DNA of 64,000 nt. Origin: an uncultured Treponema sp. Lineage in GTDB: Bacteria > Spirochaetota > Spirochaetia > Treponematales > Treponemataceae. Within the stretch, counting starts at the first letter, position 1. Each line of letters begins with the position of its first letter. The position numbers and the translations under genes were made by a program. This document shows, piece after piece, positions 56,091 through 64,000 of this stretch. The DNA is taken from positions 4,220-68,219 of the forward strand of contig CAMHMJ010000012.1 in NCBI GenBank assembly GCA_946186185.1. Direction: 5' to 3'. The notes beneath the pieces were generated by a model. It was not told the DNA's origin, made no database searches, and worked only from the letters and a program-made list of their open reading frames with translations.

Positions 56091-59000
56091 ATGAATACAT
56101 TATCAACAAATTACATCATTGATTCACTACATAATTATACTGATTTTAGAAATGCTGTAAACCAGATTTCAACCCTTCCGGAAAATTCTTCATTAAATAT
56201 TTCTGGTCTTAAGGGTGCATTAAATTCATATTTTATAATCGAATATTTAAAGAAAATTTATTCAGAACGTATTCAGACCGTAAAATATCAGGGAACAAGT
56301 TTTTCAGCAAATAACAAAGAAGAATTTAATAAAACTAAATACGAAAGGCTTTTAGTTATCGTTCCAGGAGAGCGTGAAGGGGAAATTTTAAAAAGCGACC
56401 TTCAGACAATATGTCCAGAAGCTAATATCAGCGTGCTTCCTTTGTGGGGAACCCTTTATTACAAGCCGGCTGCATTAAACTCTGTAATTTTTGGAAAGCG
56501 GGCCGGTTTTTTTTCCAAAATGGCCTTTTGTGACCATTCCAATAATTTTTCAACGGCTTTCGATTTTCATCCGGAAATATATATTGTTCCATTCAGAGCT
56601 CTTTCAACTCCCGTACCTCCAAAAAATTATATTCAGAGTTTAAGTTTTAACCTTAAAAAAGGGGACAGCCTCGACACCATTGAAGTTTCTGAAAAACTTA
56701 TAAAAATCGGATACACAAGAGTTCCACGGGTTCAGGTACGGGGAGAATTCAGCCTTCGGGGTGAAGTTTTAGATATTTTCCTTCCTGAAAGTGAAATGGC
56801 CAGCCGAATCCTTTTTGACTTCGACAGAATTGAAAACATCCGCTCTTTTGATATAGAAAGCCAGAACACCGTTTCAAATATCGATAACCTGTTGATTTAC
56901 CCGATGAAGGAAGTTATCTGGAATGAAGATCTGATTTCAAAACTAAATGAACTTCTATCCGACAGCAATAACAGCATTTCGGAAGACAGTTTTAATGCAC
57001 CGGCGATGCCTGCTTCAGATGAAGCATCTTCACAAAACATAGAAGACGGCAAAAAAACAGGACATTCAACATCTGCAGTTCACCTTGCTTTTACGGAACA
57101 GGCAAAACTTTTCAGAGAGCATATGCTTGAAAGCCTGAAACAGACAGGGTGTGCCGAAGGAGAAGAACTTTTTTATCCTGCTTTATGGGACAAGGAATAT
57201 TCGATTTTCGATTATTTTTCTAAAGAACTTCCTGTGTTCTATATAGATTACAGCAGAATCGAAAATTCCTGTGAATTTACGGATAGAGAATTAAACAATA
57301 CATACCGTAAGGCCAGGGCTGAACTTCCGGTTCTTCCTCCCCAGGCGATTAATTTCAGTTTTTCAGAAATCCTAGAAAGACACTCAACTTGTATAAATTT
57401 CTGTACAATAAAAAGCGAAGAAAGGGAAACTCAGGAAGAATCCGGTACAGTTGAAGCACCAGGTGCAACTTCCACAGGCGCGATTCCAGAAGTTTCCCGT
57501 CAATCTTCCTGGATTGAAATAAATGCAGAGACCTCTCAAAGCTATTTTGGAAATATAAATTATCTGAAAGATGAAATAAAAAATCTTCAGAATAACGGCT
57601 GGTCAATTTTCATTTTTGCTGATAACGAAAACCAGGCTTTGCGCATCAACGAAATTTTCAAGGAATTTACTGATGTTTCCGACAAAAAGAACCTAAAGCC
57701 TTTGGTTATTACAGGCCAGTCCATTTCAGAAGGCTTTATCCTGCCGGAGCTTAAGCTGAAAGTCATTCAGGAAAACGAGATTTTTGGCCGCAAAAAATAT
57801 GTTCCAAAAACCTTCAGAAAGGTAAAAAGTCAGGTAATTGATACCTTCGTAGAAATGAATCCCGGCGATTATGTGGTTCATGTAAATTACGGAATTGCGC
57901 TTTTCCTTGGAATTGAACGGGTTCACGCCATGGGAAACGAGCGTGACTACATAAAGCTGGAATACGCCGGCAAGGAGTTTTTATTTGTACCGATTGAGCA
58001 GGTAAATATGCTTCAGCGCTATATCGGAAACGAAGGAGAAGCTCCAAAGCTGGACACCATTGGAAGTAAATCCTGGGAGAACCGGAAGAACAAGGTTCAG
58101 AAAGCAGTTGAAGACATTGCCCAGAAACTCATCGAATTGTATTCAAAAAGGAAGAGTCAGTCCGGCTTTCCGTTCCCGAAGGATACTGAATGGCAGACCG
58201 CCTTTGAGGCATCTTTCCCTTATGAAGATACACCGGATCAGATTTCAGTTACTGAAGAAATAAAGAAGGATATGGAAAAGCCTGTTCCAATGGATCGGCT
58301 CCTTTGCGGCGATGTCGGCTACGGTAAAACTGAAATAGCCATGAGAGCTGCATTCAAGGCTGTTATGGGCGGAAAACAGGTTGCCTTCCTTGCACCGACT
58401 ACAATTCTTGCCGAGCAGCACTACGAAAACTGTATTGAACGCTTTAAAAACTTCCCGGTAAAAATCGCCTGTCTTTCCAGGTTTGTAACTCCAGCAGAAC
58501 AGAAAAAAGTCCTCAAAGCCCTTACGGAAGGAAAAATTGATATCCTTGTTGGAACCCACAGAATTATCCAGAAGGATATTATTTTCAAAAACCTGGGACT
58601 TATGATAATTGATGAAGAACAGCGGTTCGGTGTAAAGGATAAGGAAAAGCTCAAGGAAATGAAAACCAATATTGACAGTCTTGCCATGTCCGCAACTCCG
58701 ATTCCCCGAACTCTTCACATGAGCCTGTTAAAAATCCGGGACATAAGTCTTTTAACAACACCGCCACAGTCCCGTCAGAGCATTGAAACCGTAATTGACG
58801 CCTACAGCGACGACAGGGTTACAAAGGCAATAAGACGGGAAGTAGAGCGGGGTGGACAGGTATTCTATCTCCATAACCGGGTAGAATCCCTTAATGAAAC
58901 CCGATTGAAGCTAGAACGGCTTATGCCGGAAATGAGCGTAGAAGTTGCCCACGGACAGATGACAAGTGAACAGCTTGACGATATTTTCAGACGATTTAAA

Positions 59001-59852
59001 ATGGGCGGCTTTCATATTCTTGTTGCAACCACAATTATCGAAAACGGAATTGATATCCCGAATGTAAATACAATAATTATCGACCGTGCTGATATGTATG
59101 GTGTAAGCCAGCTTTATCAGCTGAGAGGACGTGTGGGCAGAAGCGACAGAAAAGCCTACGCATATCTATTGTATCCGGGAAACAGGAGTCTTTCTGAAAT
59201 TGCAATGAAGCGACTTCAGGTAATCAGCGACTTTACGGAGCTTGGAAGCGGCTTTAAAATCGCCATGAAGGACATGGAAATTCGCGGTGCCGGAAATCTT
59301 CTTGGCAGGGATCAGTCAGGTTCAATCTGTTCTGTCGGCTTTGACATGTACATGAAAAAACTTAACGAAGCGGTTCTGCGTCTTTCCCAGAGCAAGGATT
59401 TCAAACCGGAACACGAGGTATTGCTAGAGCTTGAATATACCGGATTTATACCGGAAACCTATGTAAAAAATCCTCAGACAAAGATGGAAATTTATAAAAA
59501 GATTGCAGCCGTACTTACCACAGCAGAGCTGGACGGTGTCTACAACGAACTTACAGACCATTTTGGACCTGTACCTGAAGAGGTATTAAGTCTTTTTGCT
59601 CTTGCACAGATACGAATCCTCTGCAGAAAGCTCAATATATCAAAAATAAAGGAACGAAACGGTGTTGCCCAGGTTGAGTTTGCACGGATTTCTGATATTG
59701 ATGTAAACAAACTTTTAAGGCTGATAACAGAAAGCGGCGGAACAATACGGCCGGATGTTTCAAATCCAAGTATACTTTATCTGAATACTGGAAAAATCGG
59801 GCTTAAAGAAAAATCTGAGTTCATAAAGGAAAAACTTGAAAAGATTGTATAA
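56091..59852 (+). CDS. mfd: Transcription-repair coupling factor
   Basis: RNAP-interaction (CarD-like) region GDYVVHVNYGIALFLG, helicase motifs GDVGYGKTE, IIDEEQRFGV, LAMSATPIPRTL and QLRGRVGRS, and the TRG-region and C-terminal domain architecture. Confidence 0.95.
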   Translation: MNTLSTNYIIDSLHNYTDFRNAVNQISTLPENSSLNISGLKGALNSYFIIEYLKKIYSERIQTVKYQGTSFSANNKEEFNKTKYERLLVIVPGEREGEILKSDLQTICPEANISVLPLWGTLYYKPAALNSVIFGKRAGFFSKMAFCDHSNNFSTAFDFHPEIYIVPFRALSTPVPPKNYIQSLSFNLKKGDSLDTIEVSEKLIKIGYTRVPRVQVRGEFSLRGEVLDIFLPESEMASRILFDFDRIENIRSFDIESQNTVSNIDNLLIYPMKEVIWNEDLISKLNELLSDSNNSISEDSFNAPAMPASDEASSQNIEDGKKTGHSTSAVHLAFTEQAKLFREHMLESLKQTGCAEGEELFYPALWDKEYSIFDYFSKELPVFYIDYSRIENSCEFTDRELNNTYRKARAELPVLPPQAINFSFSEILERHSTCINFCTIKSEERETQEESGTVEAPGATSTGAIPEVSRQSSWIEINAETSQSYFGNINYLKDEIKNLQNNGWSIFIFADNENQALRINEIFKEFTDVSDKKNLKPLVITGQSISEGFILPELKLKVIQENEIFGRKKYVPKTFRKVKSQVIDTFVEMNPGDYVVHVNYGIALFLGIERVHAMGNERDYIKLEYAGKEFLFVPIEQVNMLQRYIGNEGEAPKLDTIGSKSWENRKNKVQKAVEDIAQKLIELYSKRKSQSGFPFPKDTEWQTAFEASFPYEDTPDQISVTEEIKKDMEKPVPMDRLLCGDVGYGKTEIAMRAAFKAVMGGKQVAFLAPTTILAEQHYENCIERFKNFPVKIACLSRFVTPAEQKKVLKALTEGKIDILVGTHRIIQKDIIFKNLGLMIIDEEQRFGVKDKEKLKEMKTNIDSLAMSATPIPRTLHMSLLKIRDISLLTTPPQSRQSIETVIDAYSDDRVTKAIRREVERGGQVFYLHNRVESLNETRLKLERLMPEMSVEVAHGQMTSEQLDDIFRRFKMGGFHILVATTIIENGIDIPNVNTIIIDRADMYGVSQLYQLRGRVGRSDRKAYAYLLYPGNRSLSEIAMKRLQVISDFTELGSGFKIAMKDMEIRGAGNLLGRDQSGSICSVGFDMYMKKLNEAVLRLSQSKDFKPEHEVLLELEYTGFIPETYVKNPQTKMEIYKKIAAVLTTAELDGVYNELTDHFGPVPEEVLSLFALAQIRILCRKLNISKIKERNGVAQVEFARISDIDVNKLLRLITESGGTIRPDVSNPSILYLNTGKIGLKEKSEFIKEKLEKIV

Positions 59853-59958
59853 AAAACTAATAAATTTACTAATATTTTTAATAAGCATTGATATACTTTC
59901 TATAATGTACGTTCTGTCTACCTGAGAGGATTTGCTATGCAAATCCCTGATTGATAGC

Positions 59959-59996
59959 AGACCGTTAAAAAAATTGCGCTAGCAATTTTTAGGTCT
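59959..59996. repeat. Third copy of a small conserved hairpin family (outer 5-bp stem, GTT, A-run stem, tetraloop, T-run, A, outer stem)
   Basis: agacc-gtt-aaaaaaattgc-gcta-gcaattttt-a-ggtct. It has the same architecture as 929-968 (gaagc...gcttc) and 1131-1170 (aatcc...ggatt), with different but complementary outer stems. Confidence 0.7.
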
Positions 59997-60112
59997 ACCT
60001 GTGTATGAAATCCGCAAGGAAGCAGAGCCCTATTCCTGTCTGTTATTTTTCTTATGTAGCAAGGTCTAAAACTCTTGCGTATAACGCTGTTTACATATAA
60101 AATATTGTTATT

Positions 60113-60682
60113 ATGAAGAAAAAAGCGCATTTTCTATCAATATTATTTATTTCATTTTTGGTTCTGGTTTGTTCAGGCTGTTCCCAGATTTTGAACATGG
60201 CATTGATTCCGTTTGCACCAGACTTTTTACCGAACATTCAGTTTACATCCCAGGGTGCGGAGATTTCTTATTCAATGTCTACAGAAATATCTTATGACAA
60301 AAATGATTCTCAAAGCTGGGATCGGGATTTCGCTTTTTATATCTGGCGAAGTACAGTTAGTCCGTATCAGGATTATGAGCTTTTGCAGAGAATCTATATC
60401 AGCGGACTTCCTAAAGTGTACACAGGCCACAGTACATATAAGGGAAAAACAACCTATAAAGATTATGATTTTACTCTTCCTGAGGATGGTATCAATAAAG
60501 TATATACATCCAGCGGAAAGTTCATTGATACCATGCCTTCAACAGGAATCACCTGTTACTACAGAGTTTCTAAAATCAAGTTAAAACAAAGCCATTCGAA
60601 ATCTGATGATTCAGACAGTATATCATTTTCCTTACCACAGGATACCAGCGGCTGGGTTCCTTCCTCGCCGAAATCAAACTAA
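60113..60682 (+). CDS. Hypothetical lipoprotein
   Basis: Signal peptide with the lipobox-like LVLVCSGCSQ. No family recognised. Confidence 0.6.
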   Translation: MKKKAHFLSILFISFLVLVCSGCSQILNMALIPFAPDFLPNIQFTSQGAEISYSMSTEISYDKNDSQSWDRDFAFYIWRSTVSPYQDYELLQRIYISGLPKVYTGHSTYKGKTTYKDYDFTLPEDGINKVYTSSGKFIDTMPSTGITCYYRVSKIKLKQSHSKSDDSDSISFSLPQDTSGWVPSSPKSN

Positions 60683-60697
60683 CGGAGGAAATCAGAC

Positions 60698-62206
60698 ATG
60701 AAAAAAGCATTACTTATTATTTTTACAGTTTTTCTGGTGTGTTCTCCGGCTGTTTTTTCAGTAACCTACGATTCATCAGCATTAACAAATAAAATTTCAC
60801 AGAACAAAAGTCTTGCAGATTCCTTTTTCCAGACTTTCTCAGGCTTTGTAAACGACCTGACCTTTGAAGCTGTTGACGGGACCTCGTACAACAAAAAAAC
60901 TTCAAAAGAAGACGAAGAAGATTCCGATGAATATTATTCAGACGATGAGGAAGAATATGAAGAAAACTCGGATTATGAAGAAGATGAGGATGATTCATAC
61001 GAATATGACTACGAGTATGAGCTTCATGATTTTTTTGACGATGCAGGTCAGGTTCTGGATTTCATCTCTGATACAGCGGAAGTTGCCCGGGATTTACAGG
61101 ACGGCTATGAAACCGTAAAACCCTTCATGGATATGGATCCCTCAAGAAAGCTGTTTAACCTTAAGTTCAAGACAAGCCTTGATGCTGTCTATTACACAGG
61201 CTTTGACATTAAAACCGACTATGGGAAACAGGAAGGAGCCCTTGTTCAGGGATATTCTGATTTACTCCTTGGCTTAAAAATCCTTGATACAGTAACCCTT
61301 GCCTTCGGAACAGCAGGAAGCCGCTATGGTGTTTTCCTTACAGATATCGATTTTAATATTCCTTCCGGAGACCCGGTAGATAACATTACCGTAAACGATT
61401 TTATGGGAACCCAGATTATGACCGATATCTACTGCGGCGTTCTTGGTGTAAAAAATATTGTATGGCTGGGCGGATACTTTTTCTCTTCTGCTAACTATAA
61501 GCCGGAAGACAGCGGAATACTATCAAGCTCTAAGGAATCTTCCGTTGATTACTGGGGTATAAAAGGTCAGCTTTCAAGTCTTGCTACAGTAGACCTTCTT
61601 TTTGACAAGAAATACAAGCTTCAGAGCTTTGACTGGTCTTTGAATGCCTGGAACATTGCCCTATTCCTGCTGCAGAAACCCCTCGGCTACAATTTCAGCC
61701 TTACAGCCGGTATGTCCTGGTACACAAAAGAGGAACTCTCCCCTACTGTCAGCGCTGAAACCATTTCAAAAATCAACTGGAACCGCTTTGATATTCCGAT
61801 AAACCTTCACTACACCCTTGAAAATACATCATCCTACGCATATTTTGAAGGAGCATTGAGTCTTTCTGTATCAGATACCTTCAAAAGCTTCTATGTTGGA
61901 AAGGCGAACGCAGGCGTTACCGCAAATCATCTGTTCCGGTATTATTATGACGGTCAAATTTATTACTACCGGATCGGAGCCCTGTTAAAAGGTTCCTTCT
62001 ATTCAGACGAGAACCTGAAATATCACGGAAGCAATAAAAATGATTATGCCTTCGGAATTGAAACAGGACTTTCCTTCAGTCCTGGACGCTACAATAAGGT
62101 TCTTATCAATGCTTCCTGGAGATACAATTACATCGAAGATTTAACAAACCTGATTGAATCAAAAGACAAGCATGTATTTACAGCATATCTTACGTTGGGA
62201 TTATAA
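60698..62206 (+). CDS. Hypothetical secreted protein, probable outer-membrane beta-barrel, with an N-terminal Asp/Glu/Tyr-rich segment
   Basis: Signal peptide. Acidic run EDEEDSDEYYSDDEEEYEENSDYEEDEDDSYEYDYEYELHDFFDD. The C-terminal ~350 aa show alternating hydrophobic/aromatic beta-strand-like periodicity and end FTAYLTLGL. Confidence 0.55.
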   Translation: MKKALLIIFTVFLVCSPAVFSVTYDSSALTNKISQNKSLADSFFQTFSGFVNDLTFEAVDGTSYNKKTSKEDEEDSDEYYSDDEEEYEENSDYEEDEDDSYEYDYEYELHDFFDDAGQVLDFISDTAEVARDLQDGYETVKPFMDMDPSRKLFNLKFKTSLDAVYYTGFDIKTDYGKQEGALVQGYSDLLLGLKILDTVTLAFGTAGSRYGVFLTDIDFNIPSGDPVDNITVNDFMGTQIMTDIYCGVLGVKNIVWLGGYFFSSANYKPEDSGILSSSKESSVDYWGIKGQLSSLATVDLLFDKKYKLQSFDWSLNAWNIALFLLQKPLGYNFSLTAGMSWYTKEELSPTVSAETISKINWNRFDIPINLHYTLENTSSYAYFEGALSLSVSDTFKSFYVGKANAGVTANHLFRYYYDGQIYYYRIGALLKGSFYSDENLKYHGSNKNDYAFGIETGLSFSPGRYNKVLINASWRYNYIEDLTNLIESKDKHVFTAYLTLGL

Positions 62207-62235
62207 TTCTGTAAATTTAATTTGTTAAATATAAA

Positions 62236-62270
62236 GCCGTGCGGTACCTGTGCTGCACGGCAATTTTTTT
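62236..62270. terminator. Intrinsic terminator between convergent genes
   Basis: GCCGTGC (62236-62242) pairs with GCACGGC (62255-62261) and is followed by AATTTTTTT. Confidence 0.7.
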
Positions 62271-62343
62271 GATAATTTACTAAAAAAAGACAACATAGTT
62301 GCTTTAAGGCAAGCGTGGCGTTACCAGTCTGAATTACTTTTTT

Positions 62344-63660
62344 TTATGAGAAGTCAAACTTTCTGTAGTTGATGCTCATCAAAAGACCCATTGCGGACAT
62401 TGCTGTCAAAAGTGATGAGCCTCCATAAGAAAGGAAAAGCAGCGGAATACCAGTAATCGGCATGATTCCCATTACCATTCCTACATTAATAAAGAAGTGG
62501 ATAAAAAGAAGACCTAAAATTCCGGACGCAATGTAGATTCCAAAGGAATTTGAACAGTTCTTTATAATAAAAATAGTTCGAATCATAAGAACAAGGTACA
62601 AAACGAAAACGAAGGCACCGCCGGCAAAACCAAGCTCTTCAGAAAGAATGCTGAAGATAAAGTCGGTGGACTGCTGCGGTAAGAACCGGTAATGACTCTG
62701 GGTTCCATGGAGGAAAGAACGTCCAAAAGGTCCTCCGGAACCAATGGCAATCTTTGACTGAATGATATTCCAGCCTGCACCCAGAGGGTCAACGGACGGA
62801 TCCATAAAAACAATCAGACGTTTTATCTGATAGTCTTTTAAAACTTTGCCTGCAAAGGTAGAAAAAATAAGTCCGATTGTTACAAGTAAAAAGCCGTAGG
62901 CAATCCAGTAGAAGTATTTCTTTCCGCCAAAATACCGGCGTACGACAATGGAAATCAGAGTAACGGCACCGCATGCAAGAATAAGAATAATTTTAAGCTT
63001 CAGATTTGTAAGGGCCGTAACAAAAACCGCACTGTTGTGGGCAATGTATTCGTTCCATACAGGAAGAATTGTAAATACAATTACCATTGCGCTGCTTCCG
63101 AAGAGAAACATAAGGTATCTTAAAGGTAGACCCGCCATAAAACACATCAGGAAAAAAATCGGAATATAAACGGAAGCGGTTCCCATATCCGGCTGGGAAA
63201 GAATCAGAAGCACCGGAAGACCAAAGATTGCAGAACTGATAAAAAGCCTTTTTACCGGATTTTCATCTTCCGAAACATCCAGATATTTTGCAAGGGTAAA
63301 AATAAATACGATTTTTCCAAACTCGGAAGGCTGAATTCCAAAATCACCAATTCCAAGCCAGCTTCGGGCACCGTTTACATAGCGTCCGAAGATACGGGTA
63401 TATATTAAAACAAGAATTAAAGCCAGGAAAAACCAGTAAGCAGGACGTTCAAAACGTCTGTAGTCATACAGGGCAAAGAAAACCAGAAATGAAAGTCCGA
63501 TTCCAGCCCAGACAATCTGTTTTACATATTCATTGGTTACAAGCACACCTTCAGAATTGATTCCGGAAGAATAAATGAAAGCAATTCCAATTGTTACCAG
63601 AACAAGAACAGAAAGAAGAATGATTACATCAAAAGCTTCGTAAAAACGGTTTTCCTTCAT
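62344..63660 (-). CDS. rodA: Rod shape-determining SEDS-family peptidoglycan glycosyltransferase RodA
   Basis: FtsW/RodA/SpoVE pattern: SEFGKIVFIFTLAKYL, PDMGTA, LPQQSTDFIFSILSEELGFAG and GIPLLFLSYGGSS. It is adjacent to a PBP2 gene. Confidence 0.9.
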   Translation of the reverse strand: MKENRFYEAFDVIILLSVLVLVTIGIAFIYSSGINSEGVLVTNEYVKQIVWAGIGLSFLVFFALYDYRRFERPAYWFFLALILVLIYTRIFGRYVNGARSWLGIGDFGIQPSEFGKIVFIFTLAKYLDVSEDENPVKRLFISSAIFGLPVLLILSQPDMGTASVYIPIFFLMCFMAGLPLRYLMFLFGSSAMVIVFTILPVWNEYIAHNSAVFVTALTNLKLKIILILACGAVTLISIVVRRYFGGKKYFYWIAYGFLLVTIGLIFSTFAGKVLKDYQIKRLIVFMDPSVDPLGAGWNIIQSKIAIGSGGPFGRSFLHGTQSHYRFLPQQSTDFIFSILSEELGFAGGAFVFVLYLVLMIRTIFIIKNCSNSFGIYIASGILGLLFIHFFINVGMVMGIMPITGIPLLFLSYGGSSLLTAMSAMGLLMSINYRKFDFS

Positions 63661-63669
63661 TTTTCTCTC

Positions 63670-64000
63670 CTATTCCTGACGGTTTCCATTCTTCATCAAA
63701 TATTTGAAGCCTAATGCAGTCATTGCTTCTTCATAGTTCTGCTTTGCAAAAATTCCCTGAAGAATAATATTTGTTGCATACGGCGCCCACCATTCCCATG
63801 GGTTACAGGCTTCAACGATTGTAGCAACAACTACCTGCTCCTCAGGAGGCGCATCATAAGGAGCGTATGCAACCATCCAGGAATGCCAGCTGGTCTTGTA
63901 AGGAGCAACTTCGGCAGTACCAGTTTTACCCGCTGCCTGAACAATCTTATTGTGCATAGGATATTGAGGAGTACCGTCTGTGATTGTGTAAAGCATATCC
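63670..64000 (-). CDS. mrdA: Penicillin-binding protein 2 (transpeptidase), C-terminal part; gene continues past the right edge
   Basis: KTGTAEV (KTG motif) followed by HSWMVAYAP. It lies immediately upstream of rodA on the same strand. The frame stays open to the window edge. Confidence 0.85.
   Translation of the reverse strand, partial: DMLYTITDGTPQYPMHNKIVQAAGKTGTAEVAPYKTSWHSWMVAYAPYDAPPEEQVVVATIVEACNPWEWWAPYATNIILQGIFAKQNYEEAMTALGFKYLMKNGNRQE

Noticed and set aside
58245-58718. 157-aa minus-strand ORF, with the nested ORF at 58421-58687
   Set aside because: It is antisense within the helicase core of mfd and has no recognisable motifs.
60213-60584. 123-aa plus-strand ORF in an alternative frame of the lipoprotein gene
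   Set aside because: It is fully nested in the 60113-60682 ORF, which has a proper signal peptide and lipobox. The alternative frame has no start context and an odd composition.

Overview
AT-rich, gene-dense chromosomal segment that looks spirochaetal and Treponema-like. This is an inference from a clear P83/100-family antigen homologue, a FemAB-type transferase, relaxed lipoboxes and overall gene content. I support about 50 protein-coding genes, many with overlapping start and stop codons, and two tRNAs (Val-TAC and Leu-CAG). Most genes are housekeeping: metG, mfd, rodA plus the 3' end of mrdA, rsmA, rluD and two other pseudouridine synthases, rnz, rpsU, a RumA-type methyltransferase, a PcnB/CCA-family nucleotidyltransferase, yggS and comEC. 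The window also holds an ABC/GldG-type export cluster, a MATE pump and three c-di-GMP components (GGDEF, PilZ, HD-GYP). I found no CRISPR array, transposase, integrase, restriction or toxin-antitoxin genes. Three things deserve a second look. (1) A nine-gene, translationally coupled operon (12156-20767) has a core in rnfC-D-G-E-A-B order. By manual alignment, its products have substitutions at the NADH/FMN, covalent-flavin and RnfA/E cysteine positions, and the operon ends in a GH57-like protein that also lacks the catalytic signatures. (2) A three-gene minus-strand operon (53482-56067) encodes a pseudo-receiver protein with seven copies of an [LI][YFS]xVDNL[ILF] peptide motif in an acidic linker. 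(3) The intergenic DNA next to tRNA-Val is rich in repeats. It holds tandem copies of the tRNA 3' end, each paired with an inverted T-arm fragment. It also holds a 174-bp element with terminal inverted repeats, which recurs in inverted orientation 19 kb away, and a small hairpin family showing compensatory stem changes at three loci. All functional calls rest on reading the translations and recalling family motifs. No database search or folding computation was run.
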